Position numbers and translations under genes: made by a program. 64,000 nt of DNA from Penicillus capitatus (taxonomy: Eukaryota; Plantae; Chlorophyta). The stretch lies in NCBI GenBank assembly GCA_965649825.1, contig OZ287697.1, positions 1,474,351 through 1,538,350 on the forward strand, in the 5' to 3' direction. Under the pieces are notes generated by a model. It did no database searches, was not told the DNA's origin, and was given only the letters and a program-made list of their open reading frames with translations. Within the stretch, counting starts at the first letter, position 1. Each line of letters begins with the position of its first letter. This document shows positions 13,401-25,038 of the stretch, piece after piece.

Positions 13401-13859
13401 GTGATCGTCGTTTTCTCTTATCCTCTGGGTGCCAATCTGCAGCAAGTTCTCGCTGTACTCCTCTTCGTATTTGTTCTCTACCTTCAGACCTTGTGTTGTC
13501 CTTACCGTCCTGAGTTCGACAGCTTGAACAAGATGGAGAGTCTGTCTATTCTTGTCTCTGCCATGACGTTTGGTTCGAGCATATTCTTTGGGGACGAGCA
13601 CGTGTCCTCCACCGCTCGTATCGTCATCACTGTCGGTATCGCATTCTTCAACGTTGCTCTCTTTCTTTTCTTTTTTGTTGTCTTTGTCATCTATGCAGCC
13701 AACTACCTGAGAACTGTTCTTGATGAAGAGGGAGTGCCTTGCAAGCCTGATGGCGGTGCTCATCACATCCTGTGGGTCTATTTTTACCATTACCTGATTG
13801 AACGAATAAAGAAGGCTATTCATAAACTTTTCTTCGGCGCACGGCCGGCGTCTGTCTAA
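7482..13859 (+). CDS. G3: Pmp-repeat beta-helix multi-pass receptor-like protein, 1,992 aa
   Basis: Signal-peptide-like start MRRSFILLVCCASCSFSVLSTAGA. GT-AG introns 7600-7648, 7732-7783, 7845-7901, 8221-8269, 11155-11202, 12195-12243, 12634-12675 and 12767-12819 give 1,993 codons. All are conserved in G6. Confidence 0.88.
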
Positions 13860-13957
13860 TAATCGGGCGTCTGCGCTCTGTCATTTTCCTTTCTGCTATA
13901 ACCTACCTAGTTGTTAAGCACTTCCTATTTAATTTGAACCTATCTGTCACAACTGCT

Positions 13958-14166
13958 TGTGAAAGCCGACTGTTAAACAAGATTAATAAAGGGGGAAAGC
14001 GAGAGGCGATATTCGGCGAAAGAATAAAGAAGGGAAGTTGAACAGTCGTATCGCTCTGTGTGGACTTTCTTTTCCTGCTATTGTTCTGACGATATCGATT
14101 GTAAAGGGATCGTTCTGGGCGTCGAAGCGCGTCTGCTACGTCATACGCCCTAGGAGAGGTTTTACA
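13958..14166. mobile_element. Solo-LTR-like insertion (209 bp) in the G3 3' region
   Basis: Starts TGTGAAAGCC and ends GGTTTTACA. 5-bp direct repeat CTGCT at 13953-13957 and 14167-14171. The paralog has a single CTGCT (41956-41960) and no insert. Internal AATAAA motifs. Confidence 0.75.
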
Positions 14167-14384
14167 CTGCTGAGTAAGAGATTGTGTGAGAATAGACAAC
14201 TCGCAACGGTTGCCACGACGCGAGCTAAATCTCAGTCCAAGAGTGATTTCGACACCTTAGGTGTTTCATGAGTAGTATGTCGTAAACTAGCTTCTCTGCT
14301 ATCTCATTCATGCAGGAAACCGGAGGAATGGCTTCAGCTGACTAGATTGCTGCGATAGTTTGCCGACATGGTGACTGGGACAAC

Positions 14385-15182
14385 ATCAACATCTTCAACT
14401 GCGTCGTAGTCCATGATTCGACAACAGTTGGAATCGACACGACAACAAATCAGTGGGCAGTGGACACGAGTGTTGAGTGCTACAAGGGATCACGTGCCAC
14501 GCTGGCTTATCTGTTGGCGTGGCCATTCTTCGTCTCTATACCTGTGGATTTCCTCTAGCTCTTGCATTCCTGGTTGTCAAGAAGGTTATAGAAGACTACA
14601 AGGATGGATGGATGGATCTACGAAGTCAACGGCTTCGTGTACCGATCCTACAGCAAAAGATACATCTTCTGGGAGTCCGTGATCAGGTTCAGGAAAGCCC
14701 TTCTCGCCGTCGTGGTCGTCTTCTCCTACGAACTGGGATTCAACGTTCAAGCTGTTCTGGCCTCTTTCGTCCTGATCATGGCCCTTTACCTTCAAATGAA
14801 TTGTCGTCCTTACCGTAAAGAGTTCGATCATCTCAATGACGTTGAGAGTCTCTCCATCTTGATTTCTTCTTTCACGTTCATTTGCAGCATCTTCTTTGGC
14901 GTCGGTTACGTCTCAGATGAGATTCGTGTTCTCATCAGTGTTCTCTTGTGTTTGACAAACATTCTTTTCTTTCTTTACCTCTTCACTCTTTCTGCCAGGT
15001 TTGCTGCTGAGTACCTCAAGACTGTACTGGCTGGAGAAAGAATTCGTATCTCGTCGACGGATGACACATTTCGGATTCTCGCTACCTATTTGATTGATTA
15101 CCTGTACGTTAATCCAGAGAATTTCGCGAAGCGATGGGGTAGATCTGCCAGATCGAATCGCTATCGTCGTCCTGAAGTCTGA
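14385..15182 (+). pseudogene. 5'-truncated, frameshifted relic of the G7 membrane domain
   Basis: Aligns to ~50895-51689. 1-nt deletion near 14530 followed by an in-frame TAG, and a 4-nt GATG slippage duplication near 14605-14612. No upstream exons. Confidence 0.88.
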
Positions 15183-15612
15183 AGTAGCTATATCATGATC
15201 CACGTCTCTTGTCTGATGGGGGATGAAAAAAAGGATCGAAGTCCTCCCCTTTTCATCGTGTCAATGATGTCGGGTATCAAGAGTGGACAGCAATTTGTCG
15301 ATGACCTGAGTTTAAAGAGAAGCGTCTCATTGTTCTGTGATTTAACCTCTCCAACACCGTCGTCGATACACTGCAATCGCCGACTCCTTGATACAGTGCG
15401 TACAGCAATGCCTCACTCGCAGGAGGGGCATCGTTCCTATTCGGACATCTGCAGAGAGCAGCAGGCTGATTCGGACTCCCTGCTTGGACAGAGGAAGATC
15501 ACCATCACCGGATGTCGACTGCGACGTGGCGCACGTTTAATGATTGCGATTTGAGTGTTCTTTCCAAAACGCAAAAGTGTGATGAAGTGTGAGAACGTCT
15601 ACGACACTGTCA
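14385..15612 (+). repeat. Second block of duplication copy A (paralog of ~50895-52155)
   Basis: G7 3' end plus downstream spacer match up to CCAAAACGCAAAAGTGTGAT.AAGTGTGAGAACGT.TACGACA in both copies. Confidence 0.88.
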
Positions 15613-15755
15613 CAACGGCGTTTTGTGGCAGTAATCGTTTCTGCGCCGCACGTCTCGGTAATCGTGCGACATCATGCAAAGCTGGCAAAAAATGTGCACA
15701 CATAGAAAGTCATTTCCCTATGAGATCGTCTACAGGGAAGGCAATGAAGATGCGA

Positions 15756-16390
15756 TTAGGAACAAAGGGCCGACGCTTTTCCCGCTTCGTTTCCCACCAC
15801 GCTCATTTCGCCAATGACACAGGGGTCGTTTATTGTGTAAGGCTCGTCCTCCACGAAGTCCACTTCATTTCCGTTGAACAGCCCACAGCACGAGTCCGTG
15901 TGTCCCATCTGCCAACCCGTACACCCTACACGAAACATTTCACCCTAGAGACACACAAGCGGCATCTCACATGCGCAGCTTGTGCAACTTTCGGCACAGG
16001 AGAATGGATTCGCCGCCATGATGTGGATAGCAGGCTCGCCTGCGTACCTCAACCCGATGATGACAGGAAAAGCTAAAACCAAAGCCACCGGCGTCCATCG
16101 AAGCGTAAGGCGAGAGACGCTCGCTCGCCTTTGAGTTCGTTGTCCGTCTGTTCGGCGACGATACTTGCGAGGGACCCGGGTTTCGTCAGCACTGTAAGGT
16201 AGACATACAGGCATCGACACCCGAACGACGGCAGACGTGTCGCTTACGTTCGGCATAGATGGAGGATTGCTCAACGTATGCCATCCCCACCTGCCGTTCG
16301 GGCGTTGGATTCGGTGACGGGGTAGATGCTTACCTCGAAGAGGCAGAGAAAGAGGACGGCAGTGGAGAGCACAGACTTCGGGTGGTGCAT
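15756..16390 (-). CDS. Small secreted cysteine-rich protein of unknown family (144 aa; 124 aa if 15988-16047 is also an intron)
   Basis: Introns 16291-16333 (GTAAGC..CAG), 16192-16247 (GTAAGC..TACAG), 16073-16128 (GC-AG) and 15926-15970 (GTGAGA..TAG) give one open frame: MHHPKSVLSTAVLFLCLFEVGMAY...SCAESCTSCAWCTGWQMGHTDSCCG...DPCV...ALCS*. Hydrophobic N-terminus, 8 Cys downstream of it, upstream TATA box. Confidence 0.65.
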
Positions 16391-16466
16391 GCTGCTCTGC
16401 TTGAAAAACGTGAAGGCTAAACAACCGGTGAAAAGACGCGAAATGCACGGTCGCTGACGCACTCGC

Positions 16467-16474
16467 TTTTTATA
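16467..16474 (-). promoter_or_regulatory. Candidate TATA box for the small secreted protein gene
   Basis: Minus-strand GATATAAAAAG about 80 nt upstream of ATG 16390. Confidence 0.45.
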
Positions 16475-18187
16475 TCCATGAGCTTCGCTCAGATGATCAT
16501 GCCTCTGATCGAGTCCATCTTCGGATACAGGACACAACTGTCAACAAAACAATCTCGGACTGTCGCATAGCGGTGGTGCTTGCGAGAGGCTTTCTGGAAC
16601 GGCGCAGTGGTTCTTAGTAGGAAAGCGAATGTTGCATGGCGTTTGGAGAGGGCAGGGATCGTAGTAGTGTGAATAGACGATGAAGAAGGTATGGATGGTA
16701 CTCTCGGCATCTCGTCAGAGAAGGCACACGCTGAGAGTCCATCATTGCGTGAGAGCAGGCTTGGGTAAAATCGCGACCTATGTCATTCTTTGCATGCACC
16801 TAGGATATGTAAGATGCGTCATCTCTGGCGGATCCCTCTATAAAGTGATATCTTTTGAAGGGGAGGAGTCGAGTCCTCGGCACAGACTCCGCCGCCGGCT
16901 GCCATTGCCCCAGTTCGCAATGAATCGACTGTCTTGAATCATCCCCGAGGAACTCTGTTGCGAGATCAGAACAGCGACGTTGGCACGAGCTGTTTCCGTG
17001 CGTCATCTGAACGGAAATCCACAAGAATGGAACGAGGACTGCATTCGATCACGCCTTCACCGTTTTCTGCGCCGCCGCTAGAGATAACACAAGGAGGTAG
17101 CTTCAACGTGGAAAACCATCCACAGATAAAACAACGACTTCACTGTCGACGACTCTGGCTGGATGCTGACGCTTCTTGCACGCCGAGTATCGAAGAATCG
17201 ACAAAGATCTCAGCACCGTTCGGCGCAGATCCCGTTCATAATTGGTCTCCGAGAACGGTGAGGTTGGAGTATTGAACGCGGGTCGGTCACGCTACCAGAT
17301 TCCGATGCATCCTTCTCATGACGTCTTTCATCACGATAGGCCTTAATGGCATCTGTATCCACGAATCCTTAGACAGTCATGAACACACGAAGGTCGAGAT
17401 GGATACTCTCTTTCGGTCGACGGTACAATAAGCCACATACCGTCTCTGTCTTTGCACCTGGCCCCTTCTCTTCTTAACGCCTCATGTTGCTTTTAGCCGC
17501 AGCTTACATGGTCGATAATAAGAGTGACGAGAATGACAAGACTGGATATGTGGTCAGGCCACGGGATTGACGGAAGAACGCATTTCGTCTCCTCTGAGTC
17601 CGCGCACGACCTCTATCATAGGCGTGGCCGGAGCAGTCTATCGCGACGAAAGTCGCATGGAGGCGGCAAATCCGTCACATCAACTCGTACAGGGAGTACT
17701 GTCGATGACGTGACAGCCAAGCTTGAATGCTAACGCAGAGGGCTTCGTCGTCATGGAGGTCGAGATGACTCGGAAGGAGTCTGCCGCCGTAACGCTCTGC
17801 CAACGCAATTGACGTATTCCATCGCCGTTCGCATCGCCGACAAGACAAAGCCAGCTGACTGGAAGGCAGCTTCTCGCGCTCTCATAGCGACCACTCTTAC
17901 CACACTTGAGTCGTACAACAACGAGCAGACAGTCTTGGCGCAAGCGAGACAGAATTCGAGTGTCCGACAGCTCCGGTGGCTGCCTCAAGTCAAGGCAACC
18001 GAAAACGCACCGCGTGACTTGCCATAGACTAAACTCAAGCCACATACTCCTTCTCACTCGGACACGATGACACTCTTATTCATATAATCTTATGGATGAC
18101 AGTACTGCCTTGTTGGATATTTAAGCAGTGACTCACCAGTTGTGCGTATTCGCTCTCTTTTCGCGGTAAAGACGTGCAACGGCAACG

Positions 18188-21100
18188 ATGCTATGCAAAA
18201 ACGCGCTCTTGCTCTTGCTCTGCCTTTCGCCGTCTCTGTCGGCCTCGCCTCCTGCCGAGTTCGACGGGAGACGACAACAAGGGGAACCGTCCTCCGCGTC
18301 GGATCTGTCAGGTATGGCCCTCTTCTTCGACGCGCTCTGCCTTTCCGAGTCACCAACTCACGCAAACTCTGCCTCGCAGAACGCAAAGCGCTGTTTTCGA
18401 CAGAACCGGCTTTACCTAGTAAACAGTCTCTCACACGTTCCCTAGACAACGCAAAGAATGTGACCCTCTCTTGTCGCCTGCGCATATGCCGCAGTCACCT
18501 TCTTCTGTCTCGTTTAGAATGCCAGTCCCGGACGAACGCTGTCCCAAGACGGTGCCTTCTCTGGAGAGGACTCAGGTACTGTCCTCGTACATCGTAGATA
18601 CCATATATTGATACCGTATCTGCCCAGACTTCGAGTGCTCTCTCGGTCAGAGGGCGATTCGTCGGTTTGTCGACGAGGATACGAGAACGTGGCGCGTGAC
18701 TGCCGCCGTACTCGACGAAATCGAACACGACGTGCAGTCCATCATCAACTGCAGCGAAGACGGCGATATCTTCTTGTTCGATGTTATCGGCACCGTTCGC
18801 CTCGCCAATCGCGTGACGTTCTCCAAGAGGCTCACACTTGACGCCAACGACGAGGATGCCCCGAGCACAGACAACGCAAGTGTTGCTTCCCCGACGAGCG
18901 CCACGTTCGAATGCCCCCAGGATAACGAAGGCATCTTTACGATCCAGTAAGCATCTTGCTGACCCTCGTGATGCGTTTGCTCATCGTATCCGATCAGGGC
19001 GAATGGCGTGCGACTCGAGAATCTCATTTTCAGAGACTGCATCTTTGACGATCCTTACAGATCCGAATCCATTATCGCGGCTACCAGCGAATGCAACGGA
19101 GGTGCGAACGCCACGCTGACGTTCAGCAATGTGCAGTTTGTGAGCAATCGACTGGTCGGTGCCGTCGCCGTCCGTATTCCAACGACTTCCTGTACGGCTG
19201 TCAAGATGACCAATGTCGCATTCGTGAACAACACGTGTCATGGGCGTACCTGCGGCGCCGTTCTGTCGACTGACAACGAACTCGTGGAATGCACCTTCGA
19301 GGACAATCATCTGGACGATGACGCAGAAGACGACCGTCCTTTCATGCTGTCCGTCCCGACTGGTTCGACGACAATGGCTCGAGGCATCACTGTGGAGAAG
19401 AACGCCGTCGGACTGCTCAAGATTCTAAACGGCTCTCTGACGCTGTCGGCATCGACCTTCGCCAAAAACCGCCCAGGTGATGACCGTCCGTTCGGACCTT
19501 TGATTCACTTCATCGACGCCGAAGCCACATTTGAATCGTGTCGCTTCGAAGAGAACGGCGGATCGAGTGATGGATCGCGGATGATGATGGCGGAGAGCTC
19601 TGATGTGACCCTCAGCGACTGTCATTTCGTCAGAAATTTGGCGCATTCCGGCGGCGTGCTGTATCTGGATTCAAGCAGTGTCGTGATCGACAGGGAGTGT
19701 CAGTTTGCATCAAATGCGGCGTCGTTGAATGGAGGCGTCGTCTATGCACTCGCGTCCAAGATCTCAACATCGAACACTGTCTTCAGCGAAAATGAAGCAG
19801 ATCGCTTCGGAGGGTGCTTTTATCTCGAATCCGACAGTAAACTGAACGTCAGTTCTGACGCGCTCATGACGAAGAACGTTGCGGGGAGTGGCGGAATGGT
19901 GGCGTATCTCGATAATTCGACGGCCAATCTCGCAGATGCCGTTTTCGAAGGCAGCCCCGGATCGGCTTCTTATGGCGGCGCCTTTTATGCGCGTCGTTCT
20001 AGGATGGCCGTGCAAAACTGCACATTTAGTGGAGGCTTTGCGACCAGAGGAGGATACGTTAGCGCCGAAGACGCCGTTCTTGAGTTCACGGCATCGAACT
20101 TCTCTGGCGGAAATGCAGTTATCGGCGGCGCCTTTGCACTTGGGAAGGAATGCAAGTTGGACATGCGAGATGTTCGTATGGAAGGAAACGAAGCTAAAGA
20201 GAAAGGAGGAGCCGTCTATGCGATCGGCGGTTCGAACGTCACGGTCAGCCACTCCCAGTGCATCTCCAATGAGGCGCTTGGAGAGGGCGGCGGTGGATGC
20301 TTCTTTGTGGAATCTTCCTCGTTAACGCTGCTCGATACCGTTCTCTCCGAAAACAAAGCTCCGAATACCAATGGAGGCGCCGTGTCTTGCCGAGAGAGCT
20401 CGACACTGTCCGTGAACGCGTCCGAGTTCTCGAAGAATGAGGCGGCATTCGGGGGCACCATCTCCTTGTCTTCCAGATCCAGAGCAGACATCGAGTCTTC
20501 CAACATTTCCGACAGTCGAGCTAGCCACTCTGGCGGCGTGTTCTTTCTCGACACGGCAGAAGTCGACCTGTCGCATTGCAAGATCTCCGTCAGCAGAGCT
20601 GAGCAACAAGGCGGTATCCTTTACGCTTTGGCCTCGACGGTGAGCGTTTCGCATTCGCAGCTCAAAAACGGTTCTGCTGTCGACGGGGGGTGCCTTCATC
20701 TGAGCGATGGCACGAACGTCTCTATCCACGACACATCTCTGACGGCATGCGACGCGAAAGAGGACGGCGGTGCGGTGTGGATTGCCGATGCCTCTGAATG
20801 CAACATCTCCGGTGGCGTTTTGGAGAGGAACATGGCGAACGCGTCAGGAGGCGCCGTCTACGCTGCCGGACGCATTCTGACGATCCAAGACACGCACATC
20901 ACAGACAACGAAGCTCAAGAAGGCGGCGGAGGCGGCGTCTACGCCTCTGGAAGGTCGGAGCTGAATTTGATTCGCGCAAACTTGACCCGCAACAAGGCGA
21001 AAGAAGGAGGAGCGCTGGCGATCGTAGGCAGCCATGCAGCGACAGTGACCAGCTGTCAGTTCTTTCAGAACTCGGCCAGCGACAGAGGAGGCGGCTGCTA

Positions 21101-24100
21101 TCTTGACCACGCGCACACTCGTTTCATAGATTGTGGCTTTCGAGACAATCGTGGAAGGCGTGGAGGTGCTCTTGGTGTGTGGAGGTATTCCGAGGCGAAT
21201 TTGACAGACAGCGTGTGCAAAGAGAGCGTTGCAGAGGAGGACGGCGGCTGCCTCTTCGGCGGCCATGACAGTCGCGTAAACATCCGAAACGTTAGCCTGG
21301 TGAACTGCACAGCAGAGCGCAATGGTGGCGGCATCCACCTTGAACAGTCGACGAATCTCGATATCGCGAAAAGCAGCTTCCTGGAGAATCGTGTCGAACA
21401 GAACGGCGGGGCCATTTTTGCGACAACGTCCAAAGTCAAGGGCACCGATCTGGTCTTCAGGACGAACACGGCAAGACAGAGTGGCGGAAGCGTACACTGC
21501 GCAGAGCACTGCGAAATGGACATCGCTAATGCGGTCTTCGCCGACAACCACGCTGACGACGGAGGTGCCGGTTGTCTCACCGATGGATCCAGCATCGCCA
21601 TTCGCGGCTGCCAGTTGAGCGGGAACGAAGCCAAAAGAAACGGCGGCAGTTTCTACGCCAATAAGGCGACGCTCCATGTATCGGATTCGCAATTCGACAG
21701 GGGGCTTGCTGGGATCGACGGAGGGTTTGTAAGGTTGGACAATGGCAGTCGCATCATTGTCCAGAACGTCAACATGACAAAGGGCGAGGCCAAAAACAGC
21801 GGAGGAGCGATGTCCATCGACGATTCCGAGTTCGGCGCCGCCGACTTCCGAATCGAGAAATGCATCGCCCGATTCGACGGCGGTGCAGTGCACATGCGCA
21901 ACGCTCGGACATCAAACTGCACCAGATGCCAGTTGACGGAAAACAAAGCCGAACGCGGGGGAGCCGTCGCCGTTGAGCACACGGAATCGTCTTCGGTGGA
22001 ATGGTGCTTCGTCCAGTCGACACTGCATGACAACACGGCGTCCTACGGAGGTATGTCCCCATGTGCCTCAAGCTCGGATACGAAGACGTGCTGTGCAGGT
22101 GCGATTCATCTTCTGGAACCACAAGACGGCGAAAGACAGAGTGCGACAGACCAAGGCCGACCACTCTTTGGCTTGGTTCGCACTGAACTGTCCCGCAACG
22201 TGGCGGAGGTCGGCGGCAACGACATCCTTGCCTTCGATCTCACAGGTGTGCGTTTTATCTGCGATGATGATGCGTCTGCGACAACGGCCAAGTCGATCCC
22301 TTCGCGAGACGAACTGGAGAAAGCGCACAGACTGGATGCGGAAGGCGTTACGTGTCCGGAGTGGCGAAACGGAGACGGCGGTGACATGACGACGTACGTC
22401 CGTTCCGTGGAGAAGACGCTGTTTTTTCAGCAAACGAACGAGAGCGTTTCTGTCGATGGCGATCGCCACACAATACGAAGCCATGCGAGTGGGACGCCCC
22501 TTCCCACGATCGTCTTTCGGTCCCTGACCCAGCTGGGGCAGCCTTCGTCTCTCGGCCTGAACCGGGGTGTGATTTTGGCCAAGACCGAATCGGGTGACTT
22601 CTTCTCGGGTAACTTGCAGGTCGACCTGCACAACGGAACCGGCAATTTCTCGAGCATCGTCGGGTTTCATAATCCTGGAAGCTATGAACTCCGGATCGCT
22701 TTCAGTGAGGACTACCTACCAGACTTCGTCGTCACCGTCGAGATTCGTGACTGCCGCATTGGCGAATCGGTGACGGCCGGCGGGTCGTTCTGTCGCCCGT
22801 GCAGCGGAGCGACGTACAGTTTCTTGCCAGATCGAGAGGATCTCGGCTGCCTGCCGTGCCCGGAGAACGGAAGATGCAACACATCGACCATTCAGCCGCT
22901 GCCAGGTTACTGGCATCCCTGGCCGTGCTCCAGTCATCTTCAGAAATGCCTGACGGAGCAGGCATGCGACTTCGACCAGCGCGAAGAGCGACTCTACGAG
23001 CTGACGAAAGATATGGAATCGTGTCACATGTCCGACGACCTTGACGACCTTGTAGACAAATACGGAGACGCCCAGTGCGGCACGGTATGGCTGCCCCTTC
23101 TCTATCTGAATGCTTTCATGGTGGGTATTAGGGTCACACGGGTCCGCTGTGCGGTTCCTGCAAGCCCGACTACGGCAAGGCTCAGTTCTTCACCTGCGAG
23201 GAGTGTTTTGCCGATGGGGTGAATGTCTTGCTCTACCTCCTGTCGATCTTTGTGTTCTTGGCTTTGGCCGCGATTGCAATGAAAACGAATCTCGAACCCG
23301 ATGACCAGCATCCGGGATCGAAGGTCGTCGTCGAGATCTTCAAGGTAAACACATGATCATTCGATGCCTGTCTGCGAGTGTGTTCCGTCAGATTGCGGTG
23401 GACTATGCGCAGGTGACGGCCATTGCTATCTCCATCAACGTCTCCTGGAGCACGACGCTCTCCAAATTCTTCGAAATTACTGGTATCGCACTACGACGCC
23501 GAGTCTCTGTTGTCTCAATCCGTTATCTGTTCTTAGAATTGATCAGCGGCGTCATCACGGAGGCCATCGAAAGAGCTGTCCATTGTCTCCTGCACGAAGA
23601 TGATGCCGACATCGAGCGCGCCGTCTTTGCCGTCGTGATGGACGTCGTCACGGTCCTCGGCGTCCTGCTCCTATTCTGCGCATTCTGGGGAATCGTCGCC
23701 GTCATTCGTCACGAAGACTGGTGTTACCTTTGGAAGAGAGCGGGAATGAGTTTCTTCGTCGTCTCCTACTTGGGCTACATCTCGCTGACGAGCACATCCA
23801 TCCACATCTTGACATGTCTTGAAGTTCACGACTCGCTGGAAGTCGCGAACAACAGCACGAGATCCTACTGGGCAGCAGACACGAGTATCCGGTGCCACGA
23901 GGGATCTCATGCAGTTCTGAAGCATACGCTCGGCTGGCCACTCCTTGTCGTTTTTTCGTTCGGATTTCCCGTCGCCATTCTGTGCATCACCCTCTTTGCA
24001 GACCGACAGGATAGGGATCAAGAAGACCGGCGAGAGATCCTTGGATTTCTGTATCAGTCCTACAGGGAGCCGTATCGTTACTGGGAAACGATCGTCCTCT

Positions 24101-24555
24101 TAAGAAAAGCAGCTCTGGCCGTCGTCGTCATGCTCGCCCATCCACTCGGTCCAAATCTACAAGTCATGTTCTCAGTTTCCGTCTTCACAGTGGCTCTCTA
24201 TTTGCAGACCGTTTACCGTCCATTCGGCGAAGATGAGAACGAGCGGAATGGCCAACAGGACGCGGCAGACGGGCAGAACGGCAAACAAGATGCGGCAAAG
24301 GAACTGGATCGACTGAACGACTTGGAAAGCATCTCGCTTCTTGTCTCGCTGCTGACGTTCGTCTCCAGTCTCTGTTTCAATGCAGAGAACGCGTCGTCTG
24401 GCGTTCGTTTGTTTGTCAGTCTGGCGATTCTGGCGCTGAATCTTGCGTTCTTCTCGTATCTCGTTTTCGTTTTCTCAAAGAAGTTCTGCACATGCTGCAG
24501 AGCTGATCCCAACATCCAGCCTATTCCATCTGGTTCGAGCAGCGGTACGGTATAA
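18188..24555 (+). CDS. G4: Pmp-repeat beta-helix multi-pass receptor-like protein, 1,980 aa
   Basis: Signal peptide MLCKNALLLLLCLSPSLSA. Introns 18312-18379, 18460-18517, 18576-18627, 18947-18997, 22051-22098, 23085-23131, 23345-23391 and 23483-23536 give 1,981 codons. Same domain order and motifs as the other paralogs. The two 5'-most introns are the least certain. Confidence 0.85.
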
Positions 24556-25038
24556 GTATGCGCTGCCGAACAGCCGATTACGCGTTCGTCGTCGAATGTC
24601 GTTGTTAGCCTTATCTCTGTTACCGCTTCATCGTTTTTATGCTCTTTTTGCGTCAAGGCTATCCCGATTAGCCTCTGATCTGTGATGGGACGGGTTTGGC
24701 GGTGAACCGCACGTAAATTATGAATCGTCATGGAACGTTATGGTCTGTATTCGATGTATCTTTTGGATAACATTTGCCAAATGGGTTCGTTTAACGCATC
24801 GATCTATTGGACGACGTATTGTCGATGACGACTCGGGTTCCGTGCAGAGACAACCATCCCTGTGACGATTCGACGCTGATGCATAGAGCCAGCTCGTAAA
24901 CGACAGCCAAGGCCTCCTGCGAGGTTTACAGATTTCAGAGTTTTCGACATGGATGAACCAAAGCGACCGAGAGGGCGCTTCACGACACGAATCGACCGTC
25001 GCCTTTCGTCGGTCGACGACCGTTTCGTTCCCTATCAG

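Larger units (their letters stand above)
3770..14372 (+). repeat. Segmental duplication copy A (paralog of ~31860-42165)
   Basis: Continuous collinearity of G2/G5 3' ends, the intergenic spacer (5101-7480 vs 33226-35545), G3/G6 and the downstream spacer to 14372 vs ~42165. Confidence 0.9.

Noticed and set aside
15555-16076. 173-aa plus-strand ORF
   Set aside because: Antisense shadow of the spliced small secreted gene plus duplicated spacer; no protein-like features.
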